A stretch of DNA of 63,968 bases, counting the filler, from Craspedostauros australis (taxonomy: Eukaryota), in the NCBI GenBank assembly GCA_030167865.1. It is 5 parts of 5 records of this genome, joined end to end, with 100 filler letters (N's around TTAATTAATTAA, not from the genome) between each part and the next. Parts side by side here need not be neighbours in the genome. Positions count along the whole stretch, not along the records: positions 32,050 to 60,250 come from JALAGF010005591.1; 4 more parts are not named here. One strand, given 5' to 3'. A program made the translations under genes and the position numbers. This document shows positions 49,045 through 60,350 of this stretch, one piece after another (the stretch's first letter is position 1; each line of letters starts with the position of its first letter). The notes beneath the pieces were generated by a model. That model did not search any database, had not been told where the DNA came from, and worked only from the letters and a program-made list of their open reading frames with translations.

Positions 49045-50109
49045 TTACTTGAATAGGTTTGGAATGATGAGAGGTACCTCATCGACGTATTGACGGTAGC
49101 CTGGATCGGAGCCGTACTTACTGTTGGCCAGGTCGATGGTCTTGGAAAGGCTCCCGTTGGCTTGTGCCGAGAACAATGACCACAGGAACAGCGGCGTTAG
49201 GAAAGACACGAAGAGACGCTTGCATCCCCACAATCGCTGCATGATGCCGGCGTTGGGCGGCATGGGGTCGATCAGACTGGGACCATTCATCAGCAGGATG
49301 CCACTCCAAAGCACGAGGTTGCCGAAGAAGTTGGGGTGCTGGCTGATGCTCCACAGTCCCACGTTGCAGAACTTGCCAGGGTTGGACTGCTTGAAGAAGT
49401 ACTTCTGCAAGTCGGCGGTCGTTTCGATCAGCAAGCCTGAGCCGAAGAGCAAGGCGCCGGCTTTGATCACCAATGGATTGCCGGATACCGCCGTCGCGGT
49501 TGCCTTGGTGCTCATTCCCATGGTGTAGGGCAACGAGCACAGGACCTGCCAAACAAGGGTAACGAACCAGAAGCCGGCCATGCCACTGACCGTGCTCAAT
49601 GTATCCTCCAAGCGCTTGTCGTGGCCCGTCTGGATAGCACGGAAGAAGAGGAACGACGCCAACTTCGTGCCCCACACTGCGATGGCGCAGGAGGTCCATT
49701 TGACATGCATCAAAGAGGACGAGATTCCTGGCAGAGCTGTCAAAGCGAAGGCTCCCGTGCCGATGAGGTCCAGATGCACGTGCCAACCAGTGACCAGGCT
49801 GATGATGAATCCCACAAAGTCGCAAATGGCGTAAAATGCCGTGGTCTTCCAGAAAGGACTGGTGATGGATGCCACGAACGGTAGCTCTGTCATCATCGAA
49901 AGCCTGCTGCGTGCGGACGTCGGATCAACCGCACCGCCGCGAGGGATGCCAAGAGCATGGAACGTGGGAGCCGGGTTCATCTGTCGTTGGGATCGCCCAC
50001 CCAACGAATGATGGACGAAGGCAGCGTCGGCCACAGTCATTGCCACCGACACAAGAATGAGACATCCCAATGTGGTCGCCGAAAGTCGTTTCGAGGCTGT
50101 GGCTCTCAT
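49045..50109 (-). CDS. DUF1295 / steroid 5-alpha-reductase-like membrane protein with a plastid-type leader
   Basis: W..KLASFLFFR, HDKR, IETTADLQK..FK and GLWSISQHPNFFG. Signal peptide ends ADAA-FV. Confidence 0.87.
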   Translation of the reverse strand: MRATASKRLSATTLGCLILVSVAMTVADAAFVHHSLGGRSQRQMNPAPTFHALGIPRGGAVDPTSARSRLSMMTELPFVASITSPFWKTTAFYAICDFVGFIISLVTGWHVHLDLIGTGAFALTALPGISSSLMHVKWTSCAIAVWGTKLASFLFFRAIQTGHDKRLEDTLSTVSGMAGFWFVTLVWQVLCSLPYTMGMSTKATATAVSGNPLVIKAGALLFGSGLLIETTADLQKYFFKQSNPGKFCNVGLWSISQHPNFFGNLVLWSGILLMNGPSLIDPMPPNAGIMQRLWGCKRLFVSFLTPLFLWSLFSAQANGSLSKTIDLANSKYGSDPGYRQYVDEVPLIIPNLFK

Positions 50110-50756
50110 GATGGTCAGGGATGGGAAATAGATGATGTATGATGAACAGCGGCTGACTTTTGCTCAATGCTCAATTGCCTCAAGAATGAGGATCAGATCT
50201 TGGCACCAGGGCACGAACAAGAAAGTGTGAGGCTGAGCAAAGAAGGGCTCTGATGTGTTTCGTCGTTGGTCCACACCGGTTTCGGTGATGATTGCGTTTC
50301 CGTGTTGGATCCGAAAAATCAGTTTTGGTCACGTGTCACTTCATCAAACAAGACTGGATGTATCCGCATCTCGAAGATGCTCTTCGTCGTTTCCCAATCC
50401 GTCAGCCTGACACCACAAGGACAGCCGCAGCATTGAAGGCAATCACAATGCGATACTGCTGACAGTCTTCTTGACACCTCTTCTCTTGTTGCGTGCGAGG
50501 ACAGCTGTTGTTGACGACTACTTTCCCACCCTCTCCGAATAGTAGCAGTACATTTCCTTCAACGAGGCATAGTCACCAACAACGAATCTTCTGCATCATC
50601 AAGGATGCTTCCTGTGCGCAACACCAGGCGTGGACTATGAGGTGTGAGGTACGAGGGGTGAAGGAGGGAAAGAGGAACCGCATTATTCCTTGTTACGCAG
50701 CATCTCGACCTCATAAAATCAGAACGCAGACCCTCAACAAGTAAGCCGCATTCACC

Positions 50757-51143
50757 ATGAGAATCCTTGCAATCACCATCGTCTCCGCCGCAAGCTTTGC
50801 AAGCGTGAATGCCTTCAGCCCGACCATCCCGCTTCCGTCTTCTCCTCAAGTCGCCAGCACGACCAACACACAACTGAACGGGCTCTTCGACTTCCATTCG
50901 TTCCATGGCGGCGGATCCGCGAAGGAGGATGATCTGGATGAGCAATGGCGTGTGCAGCAAGAGATCCTTGCTGCTCGCCGGGGGCACATGACGAAGGACC
51001 ATCTCTACAACAAGTATGGCCATGCACCAGGAACGTCCCAGTCCACATCGCCACAAGCAGGCAAAGTGGAAAGCCCGCAGACACCTAAGAAGTCGGAACC
51101 AGCGAAGGCCAAGAAAGAATCGAAGTTCTTTTGGGAGAAGTAG
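50757..51143 (+). CDS. Small plastid-targeted hypothetical protein
   Basis: Signal peptide with a VNA-FSP (ASAFAP-like) cleavage site and a Ser/Thr transit peptide ending TQLNG. Short mature part ends KFFWEK. Confidence 0.8.
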   Translation: MRILAITIVSAASFASVNAFSPTIPLPSSPQVASTTNTQLNGLFDFHSFHGGGSAKEDDLDEQWRVQQEILAARRGHMTKDHLYNKYGHAPGTSQSTSPQAGKVESPQTPKKSEPAKAKKESKFFWEK

Positions 51144-51563
51144 AGCAGACGTGGCACTCTCTGGCAAGATGTCACCATCCATCGCAATACTCATGCGCAA
51201 GGACACAAGCAGATCAGCAAAGAGGAGAGAAAACGGAAAGGAACCATGAGAGTAGCACCAGCATCAACGACAAGAGCAAGCTTTTCGCCCTCATTCTGCA
51301 ACTATCATAGTTCGACGATCCATTAGAATACACAAGTGCATGTACGCGTACGAATACAGCATGGTATAACAATACATACAATACTATATATAATAGAATG
51401 GAACTCGTATTAGTTAATGCATTTCTCTAGAGTGTTTAGGTACGCATCAGCAACAACATTTGCCGTCGTAGTGAGCGTTAATTCGCCGTGCTCTGCAGCA
51501 TTGCACTGTCAATACAGCATGGCACAGTCTGTTGGACGGAGATTTACCCAACGCCTGCTCAAT

Positions 51564-53186
51564 TCATTCTCTTGGAGCCAGAGCCTGCATGCGCGCAAAG
51601 ATCTCTGGCTTCTCGCGCAGCAAGCAGAACACCGCCTGCGAGGATTGCATGTTGGCCGCTTCCGCTTTCCTCTGCGCACGTTCCAGTACCTTGGCCCACA
51701 GGTAGTGCGGCAACCGTGCATCCAGCAACATTCTTCTGCCGCATTTGTTCAATTGGAGATAGAACTGGATCTGTCGATCGAGATACTCATCATCGTAGGC
51801 CGGCGACTCCAAATACAGAACCGATAGCTGCAGGTTCAAACGAAGTCCATCGAGCATGGATTGCACGGCGCGGTTGTCAAAGAAGTCACCGAGATTGAGC
51901 TGCTGCAGACCTCGCATTTGTGGGAGACAACGTCCGAAGGCTTCTAAACCAGCGTTGCCGATCCCATTCGCAGGACACCACAGCTTTGCAAGCGTCGTAT
52001 TGACCATGAGCGCGTCCGCGATCGCGGCAGCACCCTCATCTCCGATCTGATTCAGCGAAAGAATGAGCGTTCGCAGCGAACGATTGTGTCGCAGTGCATC
52101 TGCTAGAACGATTGCACCGCGCGCTGTGATGTTGTTGCCGAAGAGCTGCAGTTCGGACAGCTTGGTGTTGCGCGTGAGCAGGTTCGCGATCGATCGCACG
52201 CCTTCCAAACCAAACGCGTTGAAATCGAGGCACAGGTACTCGATGCCTCTATTGTTGGACGTGGCTTCGCAGATCGATGTAATGTCCTTGTCATCGAGAT
52301 GGTTGCCGAGCAAGTCGAGACAGCGCACGGTATCATTCCACTGCAGCGCGTTGGCGATTCGAACGAAGGAATCCGGAGCGAATTGACAGTTCGTGATGCG
52401 CAAGGTGGATAGTTGCGAATTCGCCTTGAGGAGACATGCGATGGCCTCTGCAGTGGAAAGATCCATGCGTGCGTCGCTGATGACAATGGAGTGAATGGAG
52501 GAGTTGGTTGGCATTGTGGTCGATGGTGGGATAGCTCTTGATGTGGACGATGACGATGACGCTGATGATGATGACGGTGATAATGCAGCCGTCAACAACG
52601 ACGCCACATTCGAAAGCGCCGCTGCAACAGCTTGAATCACATGAGAACCGACGCTCTCCAACTCGATGAGCTGAATGGACGTATTCCTTCGCAGCGTCGG
52701 GAGCAAGTACTGCATGCAAGTGGCCTCACCAAAATCGATACTCTTGAAACGTATGTTTCTGAGAACGCCGTTCTTGCTCATGGCGCCTAGCAGGTTGCAT
52801 ACGCAAGAGGCCGTGATGGCCTGCTGCTCGTCGGTATCGATGACCAAGTTGGTGAGCCTTGGATCGTTGGAGGATAGCTGATGGACGGTCTTTTGGATCC
52901 ATGGAGTTTGCGGTCCATGATGTTGGTACGTGTTGGCATGTTCAGCTGCGGCTGTCCGCAATGATGGTGCCGTTGTTGGCGATTGCAGCAGCTGGTGGTG
53001 GTGGTGGTGGTGGTGGTTGTGGTGATGCGATCGTCGGTTGCCTGTCCTGTTGGATGAACTATCGGTTGCGATGACTTCGTCGCAACCCGAGCGGATTGTC
53101 TCTTTTGACACATCATCTCCAACAAACACCAACGCTGTTGGATGCACTCTTTCCTGAAGGTGTCCGCAGAAGAACGAACAGATCAT
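51564..53186 (-). CDS. RNI-like leucine-rich repeat protein
   Basis: 28-aa repeats such as LRHNRSLRTLILSLNQIGDEGAAAIADAL. C-terminal YLQLNKCGRR..L...LW..VLER..VFCLLREKP cap. Confidence 0.9.
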   Translation of the reverse strand: MICSFFCGHLQERVHPTALVFVGDDVSKETIRSGCDEVIATDSSSNRTGNRRSHHHNHHHHHHHQLLQSPTTAPSLRTAAAEHANTYQHHGPQTPWIQKTVHQLSSNDPRLTNLVIDTDEQQAITASCVCNLLGAMSKNGVLRNIRFKSIDFGEATCMQYLLPTLRRNTSIQLIELESVGSHVIQAVAAALSNVASLLTAALSPSSSSASSSSSTSRAIPPSTTMPTNSSIHSIVISDARMDLSTAEAIACLLKANSQLSTLRITNCQFAPDSFVRIANALQWNDTVRCLDLLGNHLDDKDITSICEATSNNRGIEYLCLDFNAFGLEGVRSIANLLTRNTKLSELQLFGNNITARGAIVLADALRHNRSLRTLILSLNQIGDEGAAAIADALMVNTTLAKLWCPANGIGNAGLEAFGRCLPQMRGLQQLNLGDFFDNRAVQSMLDGLRLNLQLSVLYLESPAYDDEYLDRQIQFYLQLNKCGRRMLLDARLPHYLWAKVLERAQRKAEAANMQSSQAVFCLLREKPEIFARMQALAPRE

Positions 53187-54842
53187 GACCGGTTGTACGA
53201 GTATGGAGCGATGCAGGGTACGGGTATTTCGTGGAGACTATCCAGCGTTGACTTGCTGCCGTCTGCTCTCGAATGGATGCTCTGCACTTGCACAATTCCG
53301 AAGATGTGAGCCATGTAATCTATTATAGTATAGAATATTCTAGAATAGGAGATATAGTACACCGACGCAGTTGGCAGTCACAGAAGTTGCCTGGCTCCTC
53401 TGCACGTATCAATGTGACGGTCTGTTGCTCCTCGAGAACGCCATCCAAGCACCAAGCACACAGTATGCACACCGCCGTCCGTGCTCAGTTGATCAGTTGA
53501 TCGGTTGCTGAGTTGCACACGGGAAGGGGAGATCGATAAGTCTTGAGCGATGCTTCCCAGCAACATCCACGATCTACCCTTTAGGAATCCGCAACACAAC
53601 GTGTCGATACATCCACACATCCACACATCCACACACACAGGGCCAAAACCCTATTCGCGGAACCACACATCAGAACATGGATCGGTACATGGAGAGGGGA
53701 TCAGCTACAATTGACACCGGTCATGAGCCGATGACCATGGCCACGACCTCACAGGAACACCGCAAAGCTACGCCGCAAAGCTACGCCGCAACGCCACGCC
53801 ACAACCCACCCCAAGGAATCAGCAGGAGGGAGAATCGGATCCAGACCCAGGCGAAGTGAGAAAGACAAAGATGAAGATGGAAAGTCGAAGAACAAATAGC
53901 AGATGGCCACAAGATAATGAGAAAAAGTGACATGATGTTTTGTGATGCCCGTTGCTTGCTGTTTCTTGGATGTATCGGTTAATAATTGTATTCAGCTTTG
54001 AGTATATATCAAATTGTCTCGGCGACACGTGCAACTATGTGTCCCGCTGAAGTCGGAGCTGAATCAGACATGAGCCATACGGTCATCCGAGCAACACGCT
54101 CACATGAACGACGGTCCACATGTCACACAACTGTTGAGAAGCGATGACGTACTCTAGTCGAACGAATCGGACTCCATCCCATCAAACACATCGAAAATTT
54201 GGATTGGGCCGGCTCGCTGGAGACACAGCAAGAGTTGGACTTGAGCAATGACCTTTGCGCCACACCTGCACACGGTCACTTTGGCGGGCAAGCGGCGAAA
54301 GTCGCCAGAAAGATTTTGTGCGGGTGCGGAAGAGGCACACAGGCACAAGCGACAGCGAAGGAGGGATCACGCGCATTCTCCACTTGCTCGGCAAGAACAA
54401 AGAGAGGACCACGTTGGTGCACTCCAACCCACATCTCCCACGAATAGTATCCGCAAACGCCGCTTCACCATTGGGAGTTGCGCAAAGGGAGTATCGAAGC
54501 TGAGCCAACAGCTGACAGCCAAGCTAAGCTAAGAGTCAAGCCAAGTCAAGCATCATCCATTGCTACTGTTATATATTCTTCCACGCGAGTGTGCATGCAA
54601 GTATAATATAACAATCGTGGAGTATCTGAAGAGAAGCATCAACAAGGTTCTCAATTCTGCATCTGCCCACCAAGATATAATAGGTCATCAATAGACGTGT
54701 AGTAGAGTAAAGTAGTGTTGGTATTCACAGCATCCGCCGCATCAGCATCAGCATTACCTCCGCACACATACTCATACATTCTCACACATTCTCACACAAA
54801 CGAGCACAGCAACAGAGACAGCAACAGACGACAACAGAGACA

Positions 54843-57293
54843 ATGGCAGAACAAGGCGGCAAGAAGGGCCGTTGGTCCCTGTTTCGCAGAGGCAAGAACA
54901 AGAATGGCGATGGAATAATGACCGATTCCAAGCGCAGCCTCGGCAGCAACAAGGACACCTCGTCCCGCGGCAGCCACCGGGGCGCAGCAGGCAGAACCGG
55001 CCGTGACCAGCAGCAGAACAGCGTCTCGTCCCGCAGCAACGGCGACAACCCCAACAACGGCACCGGCAACAACGGCAACACCACCCTCAGCAACGACTGG
55101 GGGTCGTACGGACCCGGAGATCCCAACTTCCCGGACGAGGACTACGCCACGCCCTCCGCCGAGTACAACCGCCACACGCAGAACGCCACCATGAGCGCGG
55201 AGGAGAAGTTCATGGCGTACTACCAGCAGAAGCAGAGCGGCAGCGCCAAACCGCCCGAACCCAGCGTGCCGCAGCCGGCCCCCATCACGACCCCGGCCAA
55301 CAGCATGGTGATGCCCAGCGCCGGCCACTTCGCCACGCCGGACGACGACATGGTCAACAGCGGCGACCACCTCGCGATTGCCGAGCAGGAGTACCAGCGC
55401 CAGCAGCAGCTCAAGCTCGAGCAGGACCAGGCCGACCTGCAGAAGCGCCTGGCGGATCAGATGCGTCAGGAGAGGGCAGCCAGCCACGATCACAACCAAC
55501 CAGCACAGGAAGCGCCCGCTGGAATGACGGCCGAGGAGGACCGCAAGGCCCGGGCACGCCGCGCCGTCGAAGAGCGCAAGCGCAAGGCCAGGGAGGCCGT
55601 CGAAGCACGCAAGAACAGAGGCAGGAAGGGGGGCGCCAACAACAACAACAACAGCAACAGCAACAATAACAAGAAGCCCGACGACGCCGCGCAGAGAAAG
55701 GAGCAGGCGCGTCGTGAGCAGGAGCGCATGGAGATCGAGGAGGAGAAGAGGCGGGCCGAGGCCGAACGCGCCGAGAAGGAACGCATCTTCGAAGAGGCGC
55801 GCGTCGAACGTGAACGCCTAGCGGAGGAGGAGCGCCAGCAGCGCGAGGCCGAGCTCGAGCTGCAGGAGATTGAGCGTCAAGCGGAAATCGAGCGTCAGGA
55901 GGAAGAACGTCACCTCCAATCCCAGGCCCAGCAGCAGGAGACGGACCAACAGCGACAGGCAGAGGTGGAGCTGCAGGAGCTCGAGCGTGAGGCAGAGATG
56001 GAGAGGCAGAACATGGAGCACCAGGCCCAGGCGCAGCGACTCGAGGAGGAACGCCAGCGCCAGGAAGTCGAGGATGCCCGCCTTGCGCTCGAGCAGTACC
56101 AGGAGCAGCAGCGCATGCGAGAGGAGCAGCGAAAGGCCGAGGAGCAGTATTTGCAGGAACAGCAGCGTGCCGCCGACGAACAGCGCAGGCAGCAGCTCGA
56201 GGCGGCGCAGGCGGAGGCCGAGAGGCAACGTCAGCTGCAAGCCGACAAGCAGCGTGAGGCAGAAGACGCCAGGATCGCGGAGATGGATCGCCTCCAGGCC
56301 GAGCAGGATCGTCTCCTGCAGCAACAGCAGCAGCTGGAGGCAGAGCAGGAGCGTAAACGAGTGGAGCTCGCCCAGCACATGAAGGAGACGCGTCAGGCCG
56401 AGGAGCAGCGTCTCGCAGAAAAGCGCCGTCAGGACGAGCTCTTCCTCAAGCAGGAGGAGGAGGCCTTGTTTGCGGAACAGGAACGCTTGAAGGCCGAATA
56501 CGAACAGAGGAGACTGGAAACCGAGGCCAAGATCGAGGAGCAACGTCGCAGACTCGAGGAGGCCCAGTTGGCAGAGGCCGAAGCGTCTGCAGCCGCTCAA
56601 GCCGAGGCCGAAGCTGCCGCCGCGGCTGCTTCCTCTGATGAAGCCGACGATATAGATGATCTCGACGATCTCGACTTCGATCTCGACGCTGCCTTGGCTT
56701 CCCCCGTGGCCAGCACGCCCAAGAAGAAAGTCACGATGGTCAAGGAATTTTCGCCCACGCCCGAACCAGAAGCGCAAGCCGAGACGCCGAAGAAGAAATA
56801 CCACTTCTCCAACGTGCCAAAGGGAGGCAACCGCGGCGGTCGTCGTCCACCGAACGATCGATCCCGCAGGAAATCCAAGGGAGAACAGTCCACGCCGGCC
56901 AAATCGGCCACCTCGGTCTGCTCCAGCGAAATATCCCTGCTGCCCAAGTCACCCCACCGACCGGGATCCGTCGACGGCGGCATGGAACCCGTCTGCGACA
57001 ACCATTACATCGTCAAGCTCCACAAGACCAGCGGCCCCTGCGAGGTCTGCGTCTTCCACCTCTCCGAACGCGACAGGGCCAAGTTCGAAAAGAACGGACG
57101 CCACTTGCTCGTCAGCACCGGATACGGTGGCTGCGAAGGCTGCAGCGTCTTCCCGCGGGCGGAAGGCGAACCACCCGTCCGACTCTGCAAGAAGTGCTTT
57201 TTCGACACACACAAGCTGCATGCCATGGGCAACAACGACGAACCCTTCAGCAGCGGGCTTATCATGGCGGGCGCCTCTCCCAAGACGCATTAA
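54843..57293 (+). CDS. Glu/Gln/Arg-rich coiled-coil protein with a C-terminal Cys/His cluster
   Basis: 816-aa ORF with strong codon bias and a long helical region, ending CxxH...CxxC...CxxC...CxxC. Confidence 0.85.
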   Translation: MAEQGGKKGRWSLFRRGKNKNGDGIMTDSKRSLGSNKDTSSRGSHRGAAGRTGRDQQQNSVSSRSNGDNPNNGTGNNGNTTLSNDWGSYGPGDPNFPDEDYATPSAEYNRHTQNATMSAEEKFMAYYQQKQSGSAKPPEPSVPQPAPITTPANSMVMPSAGHFATPDDDMVNSGDHLAIAEQEYQRQQQLKLEQDQADLQKRLADQMRQERAASHDHNQPAQEAPAGMTAEEDRKARARRAVEERKRKAREAVEARKNRGRKGGANNNNNSNSNNNKKPDDAAQRKEQARREQERMEIEEEKRRAEAERAEKERIFEEARVERERLAEEERQQREAELELQEIERQAEIERQEEERHLQSQAQQQETDQQRQAEVELQELEREAEMERQNMEHQAQAQRLEEERQRQEVEDARLALEQYQEQQRMREEQRKAEEQYLQEQQRAADEQRRQQLEAAQAEAERQRQLQADKQREAEDARIAEMDRLQAEQDRLLQQQQQLEAEQERKRVELAQHMKETRQAEEQRLAEKRRQDELFLKQEEEALFAEQERLKAEYEQRRLETEAKIEEQRRRLEEAQLAEAEASAAAQAEAEAAAAAASSDEADDIDDLDDLDFDLDAALASPVASTPKKKVTMVKEFSPTPEPEAQAETPKKKYHFSNVPKGGNRGGRRPPNDRSRRKSKGEQSTPAKSATSVCSSEISLLPKSPHRPGSVDGGMEPVCDNHYIVKLHKTSGPCEVCVFHLSERDRAKFEKNGRHLLVSTGYGGCEGCSVFPRAEGEPPVRLCKKCFFDTHKLHAMGNNDEPFSSGLIMAGASPKTH

Positions 57294-57534
57294 ACATCGA
57301 AATCGAAAGTCCAGACGCACACGCATGTGCAACAGTCAATACGATTTTTTCATGTCCGCCAACCACCATCTTCGGCCTTGTTTTTCTCCATGTCATCGCT
57401 TGTTCAAATGGCGCGAACGATGGGTGGGTGGAGTGGATGAATGGGTAGATGTGCTGGTCGAACAACAACGCAGCAAGCGATCAGCTCATCGGTTAATCAA
57501 ATATTACACATCATATCGTATTATTATATGTTTT

Positions 57535-60250
57535 AATAATAATAACGCACTGATTATCCCCTCCCACGAGGGTCGCCTCGAAAGCTTTAACGTCGCCGGC
57601 TCACAGCGAGCCCTCACGGGCCGACTGCGCTCGAACGACCTACCTAGATCCCTCACATCTTGGTCTACCATGGTTTGCCAACTCCACGGGCCATCAAACA
57701 TACCGCACTGGGCACCCAGCTGTCACTGTAGCGCACTTCACACTCATTTTTCTGTTGTCACGAAAGTCGTCTTCGCCGGGCCCTGCGACCTGTCGCATCC
57801 TGCCTGGCTCCGCCGCCTTTCCGCTTGTGATGTCGTGGGGTGTGGGCGAGTGCACGTCGCCGCAACCCTGCTTGCCTGGCCGCCCGTACATGCCGCACCC
57901 ACAACATCTGGTTCTCCGCCGATTGCGCCCGTACTGCTGCCTCCGTTGTGTGAGTCAGCAGGCGAACGTCATCGCCACCGATCCCTTGTACTCCTTGTCG
58001 CCACTCTTCTCGAACTGCTNNNNNNNNNNNNNNNNNNNNNNNNNNNNNNNNNNNNNNNNNNNNNNNNNNNNNNNNNNNNNNNNNNNNNNNNNGCTGTCAT
58101 GGAGCACCTTGTTGCGTGCCATCCACGCCTTCCATCGCACTTCCCACAAACCCACCATTGCCCTTGCGATCCAATTTGCCGGGCGTCCCGGTTGGCCACT
58201 GATCTCCATTGTACTTTCCTGGATTCGTTGCCACCTCGCGGACCATCGGCCTCGTACCATCATTCCCCACCCTATTTCTTGCTGTTCTGCCATCGCCTGT
58301 TGCAGCTGATAACCCGACTCCATTTGGACTTCCCGTCCTTCACTCCACGCCCAGACTTGCTTCACCATTGCTCTAACCATCAGGCCGTCTCCTCGTGCTG
58401 CCATCATCTCAGTTTCCCACTCTTTCATCGCCGCTCGTCGCACTGACACCGCCAACGGATGCTGGCACTGCATGACATGCTCCGTGGTCTCCTCCTGGTC
58501 TTTGCATATTGGGCACCTGTCGCCGCTCCAGAACTTCCACTTCCGCATGTTGCGCCCGACTGGCCCAAAACTGCACGCATGTTTCGCCACCCATTTCCGG
58601 CGTGCTGGCTTCAGGCATGCCATCGCAATCGCAGCCGCGGTGACATCCACCTTCTTCGCTTCGCCCTTCCGGATCCGGCCCACCTTGCGCTGCCACTGCA
58701 CTGTCCTTTGTCCTTGGACATACTTGCGAATCATCGCCGTGGCATTCGTGCAGACCTTCCTGTCGCCGAGCCATATCGCCCACTCGGCCTCGTACCCCTC
58801 TTCGTCGGCATACTCTATATCAACCGAATGTGCTGCCCCCGCCGCCTTGTCAACGTCGTCATTCCATTCTGCAAACTTGTCCCTCGCCACTCCTCGGTCT
58901 CGCTCCAGCTGATGGCCGTAAACATGCCGATACTCCAGAGTCACCGTCAGCCGCCATTGAATTCGTCGTATCTCGCGAATGACGTCAAAGTGCTGCACTG
59001 CCGTGCTGACGTCCCGCGTGTACTGCACCGCGTGGATTCCAGCCATCTTATTGTCACAAGCGACCACGATGACCTTCCCCGTCACGGCGTGCTTCATGTC
59101 GTGGCGTTGAATGATGTCTTCCACGTTGCGGAGAGCCTGCAAAATGCCACCAAGTTCTGCGCGATAGGCGCTCTGCACTTCGGTCCGGCCCGGCACTGGC
59201 CCTGCTGCTGACACTCTGCCTTTCCGCCGCCCTCGCACGTTGAGCGAGTACGCCGCAGTACTCCTTCCGTTCTTAAACGACCCGTCGGTGCTCACCACTG
59301 CCTTCCCTTGTACCACTGCCTCCAGCCACACCTTCTCCGCATGCCTTGAACTCGTGCGGCTTTTTGTCCTGTGCTTCCGCACTCTTCCCCCGATTCCTAC
59401 CACTCGTAAGCAACCTCCTCGCTCTCGCACGTGGACCCCTCTCCAATCTGTCGGCGGGTCCTTCGTCACATTCGTCGTACCTGCGTACTCTTCCATGCCC
59501 GGCACCGCTCCTGCTTTAGCAACCCATTGTCTCCATTCTCGCACGTTCTCCCGAAGCCATATCACCTTGCGATTGTCGCTCATCATGGCGCTGACTTGGT
59601 CCACGTCCCATGCCGTACTCGTCCGTGCTGTCTTCGCCACTTTTCGTAACGCCTGCCTCCACAGCGCCCAGTCCTTCTTGGGGACGTTGCCCTGCCTTGG
59701 CCAGCTGACATGTTGCCGTCCTCGCCATGCGCCTTCATCGCAGGTCCTTTGGTGCGCCACGACTCCACCGTGCTTCTCGTCCACCACATCTGCCACGCTG
59801 ACCACTTTCATGATCATTCGGCATCTGTTCAGTCGAGATCGCTGGGCCCGGCTGTATCCTGCTGCTTGGAATGCCACCAATAGCCACTCATCCTTGTCGT
59901 GGACGAGTGCTGCTGTCTCGGTCTTCTCTCGGATCCGGATATTGCATTCATTGGCCTCTCGCCACACCGTTTTCACCCAGCATGCCGTAGCCAGGAATTC
60001 CCATTCGTTGTAGTTGACTTCGAACATGGACGTTCCGGCCCCGACCTCCGTCTTCATCGCTTGTATGCATCCCCGCATCAGTTTGCCTGTCATGGTCGCT
60101 CTGTCGCCGTGCTCGAGCATCATCTTCATATGTTCCACCACTTGTGTGGTGTGAAGCTCGTGAAGATTCGCCCCTAGCCACTCGTCCGTCGCGTAGGCCA
60201 TCTCCCTTGGAAACCCCCGGTTGAGACCAATCTTTGACATCATCGTCTTC
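57535..60250 (-). mobile_element. Non-LTR retrotransposon 3' half (post-RT region, RNase H, CCHC finger), Ambal-like diatom LINE
   Basis: ORF 57955-60243 has STDGSF, VPG..QSAYRAELGG, ACDN, RHVYGHQ, NDDVD and CPICKDQEETTEHVMQC. Short (TTA)n tail at ~57535-57545. Cut by a gap at 60251. Confidence 0.85.
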
Positions 60251-60294
60251 NNNNNNNNNNNNNNNNNNNNNNNNNNNNNNNNNNNNNNNNNNNN

Positions 60295-60306
60295 TTAATT
60301 AATTAA
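60295..60306. other. Artificial contig linker TTAATTAATTAA
   Basis: Same linker flanked by N runs. Confidence 0.95.
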
Positions 60307-60350
60307 NNNNNNNNNNNNNNNNNNNNNNNNNNNNNNNNNNNNNNNNNNNN

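Noticed and set aside
43603..51143. Functional cluster of plastid/peroxisome genes
   Set aside because: The functions are unrelated and orientations are mixed. Plastid-targeted genes are common enough for chance proximity.
53610..53795. Short tandem repeats (ATCCACAC)x3 and (CGCAAAGCTACGC)x2
   Set aside because: Ordinary intergenic minisatellites.
55818..58446. Long antisense or alternate-frame ORFs (55818-56804 -, 56656-58446 +)
   Set aside because: Shadow ORFs of GC-rich biased coding sequence, with no protein-like features.
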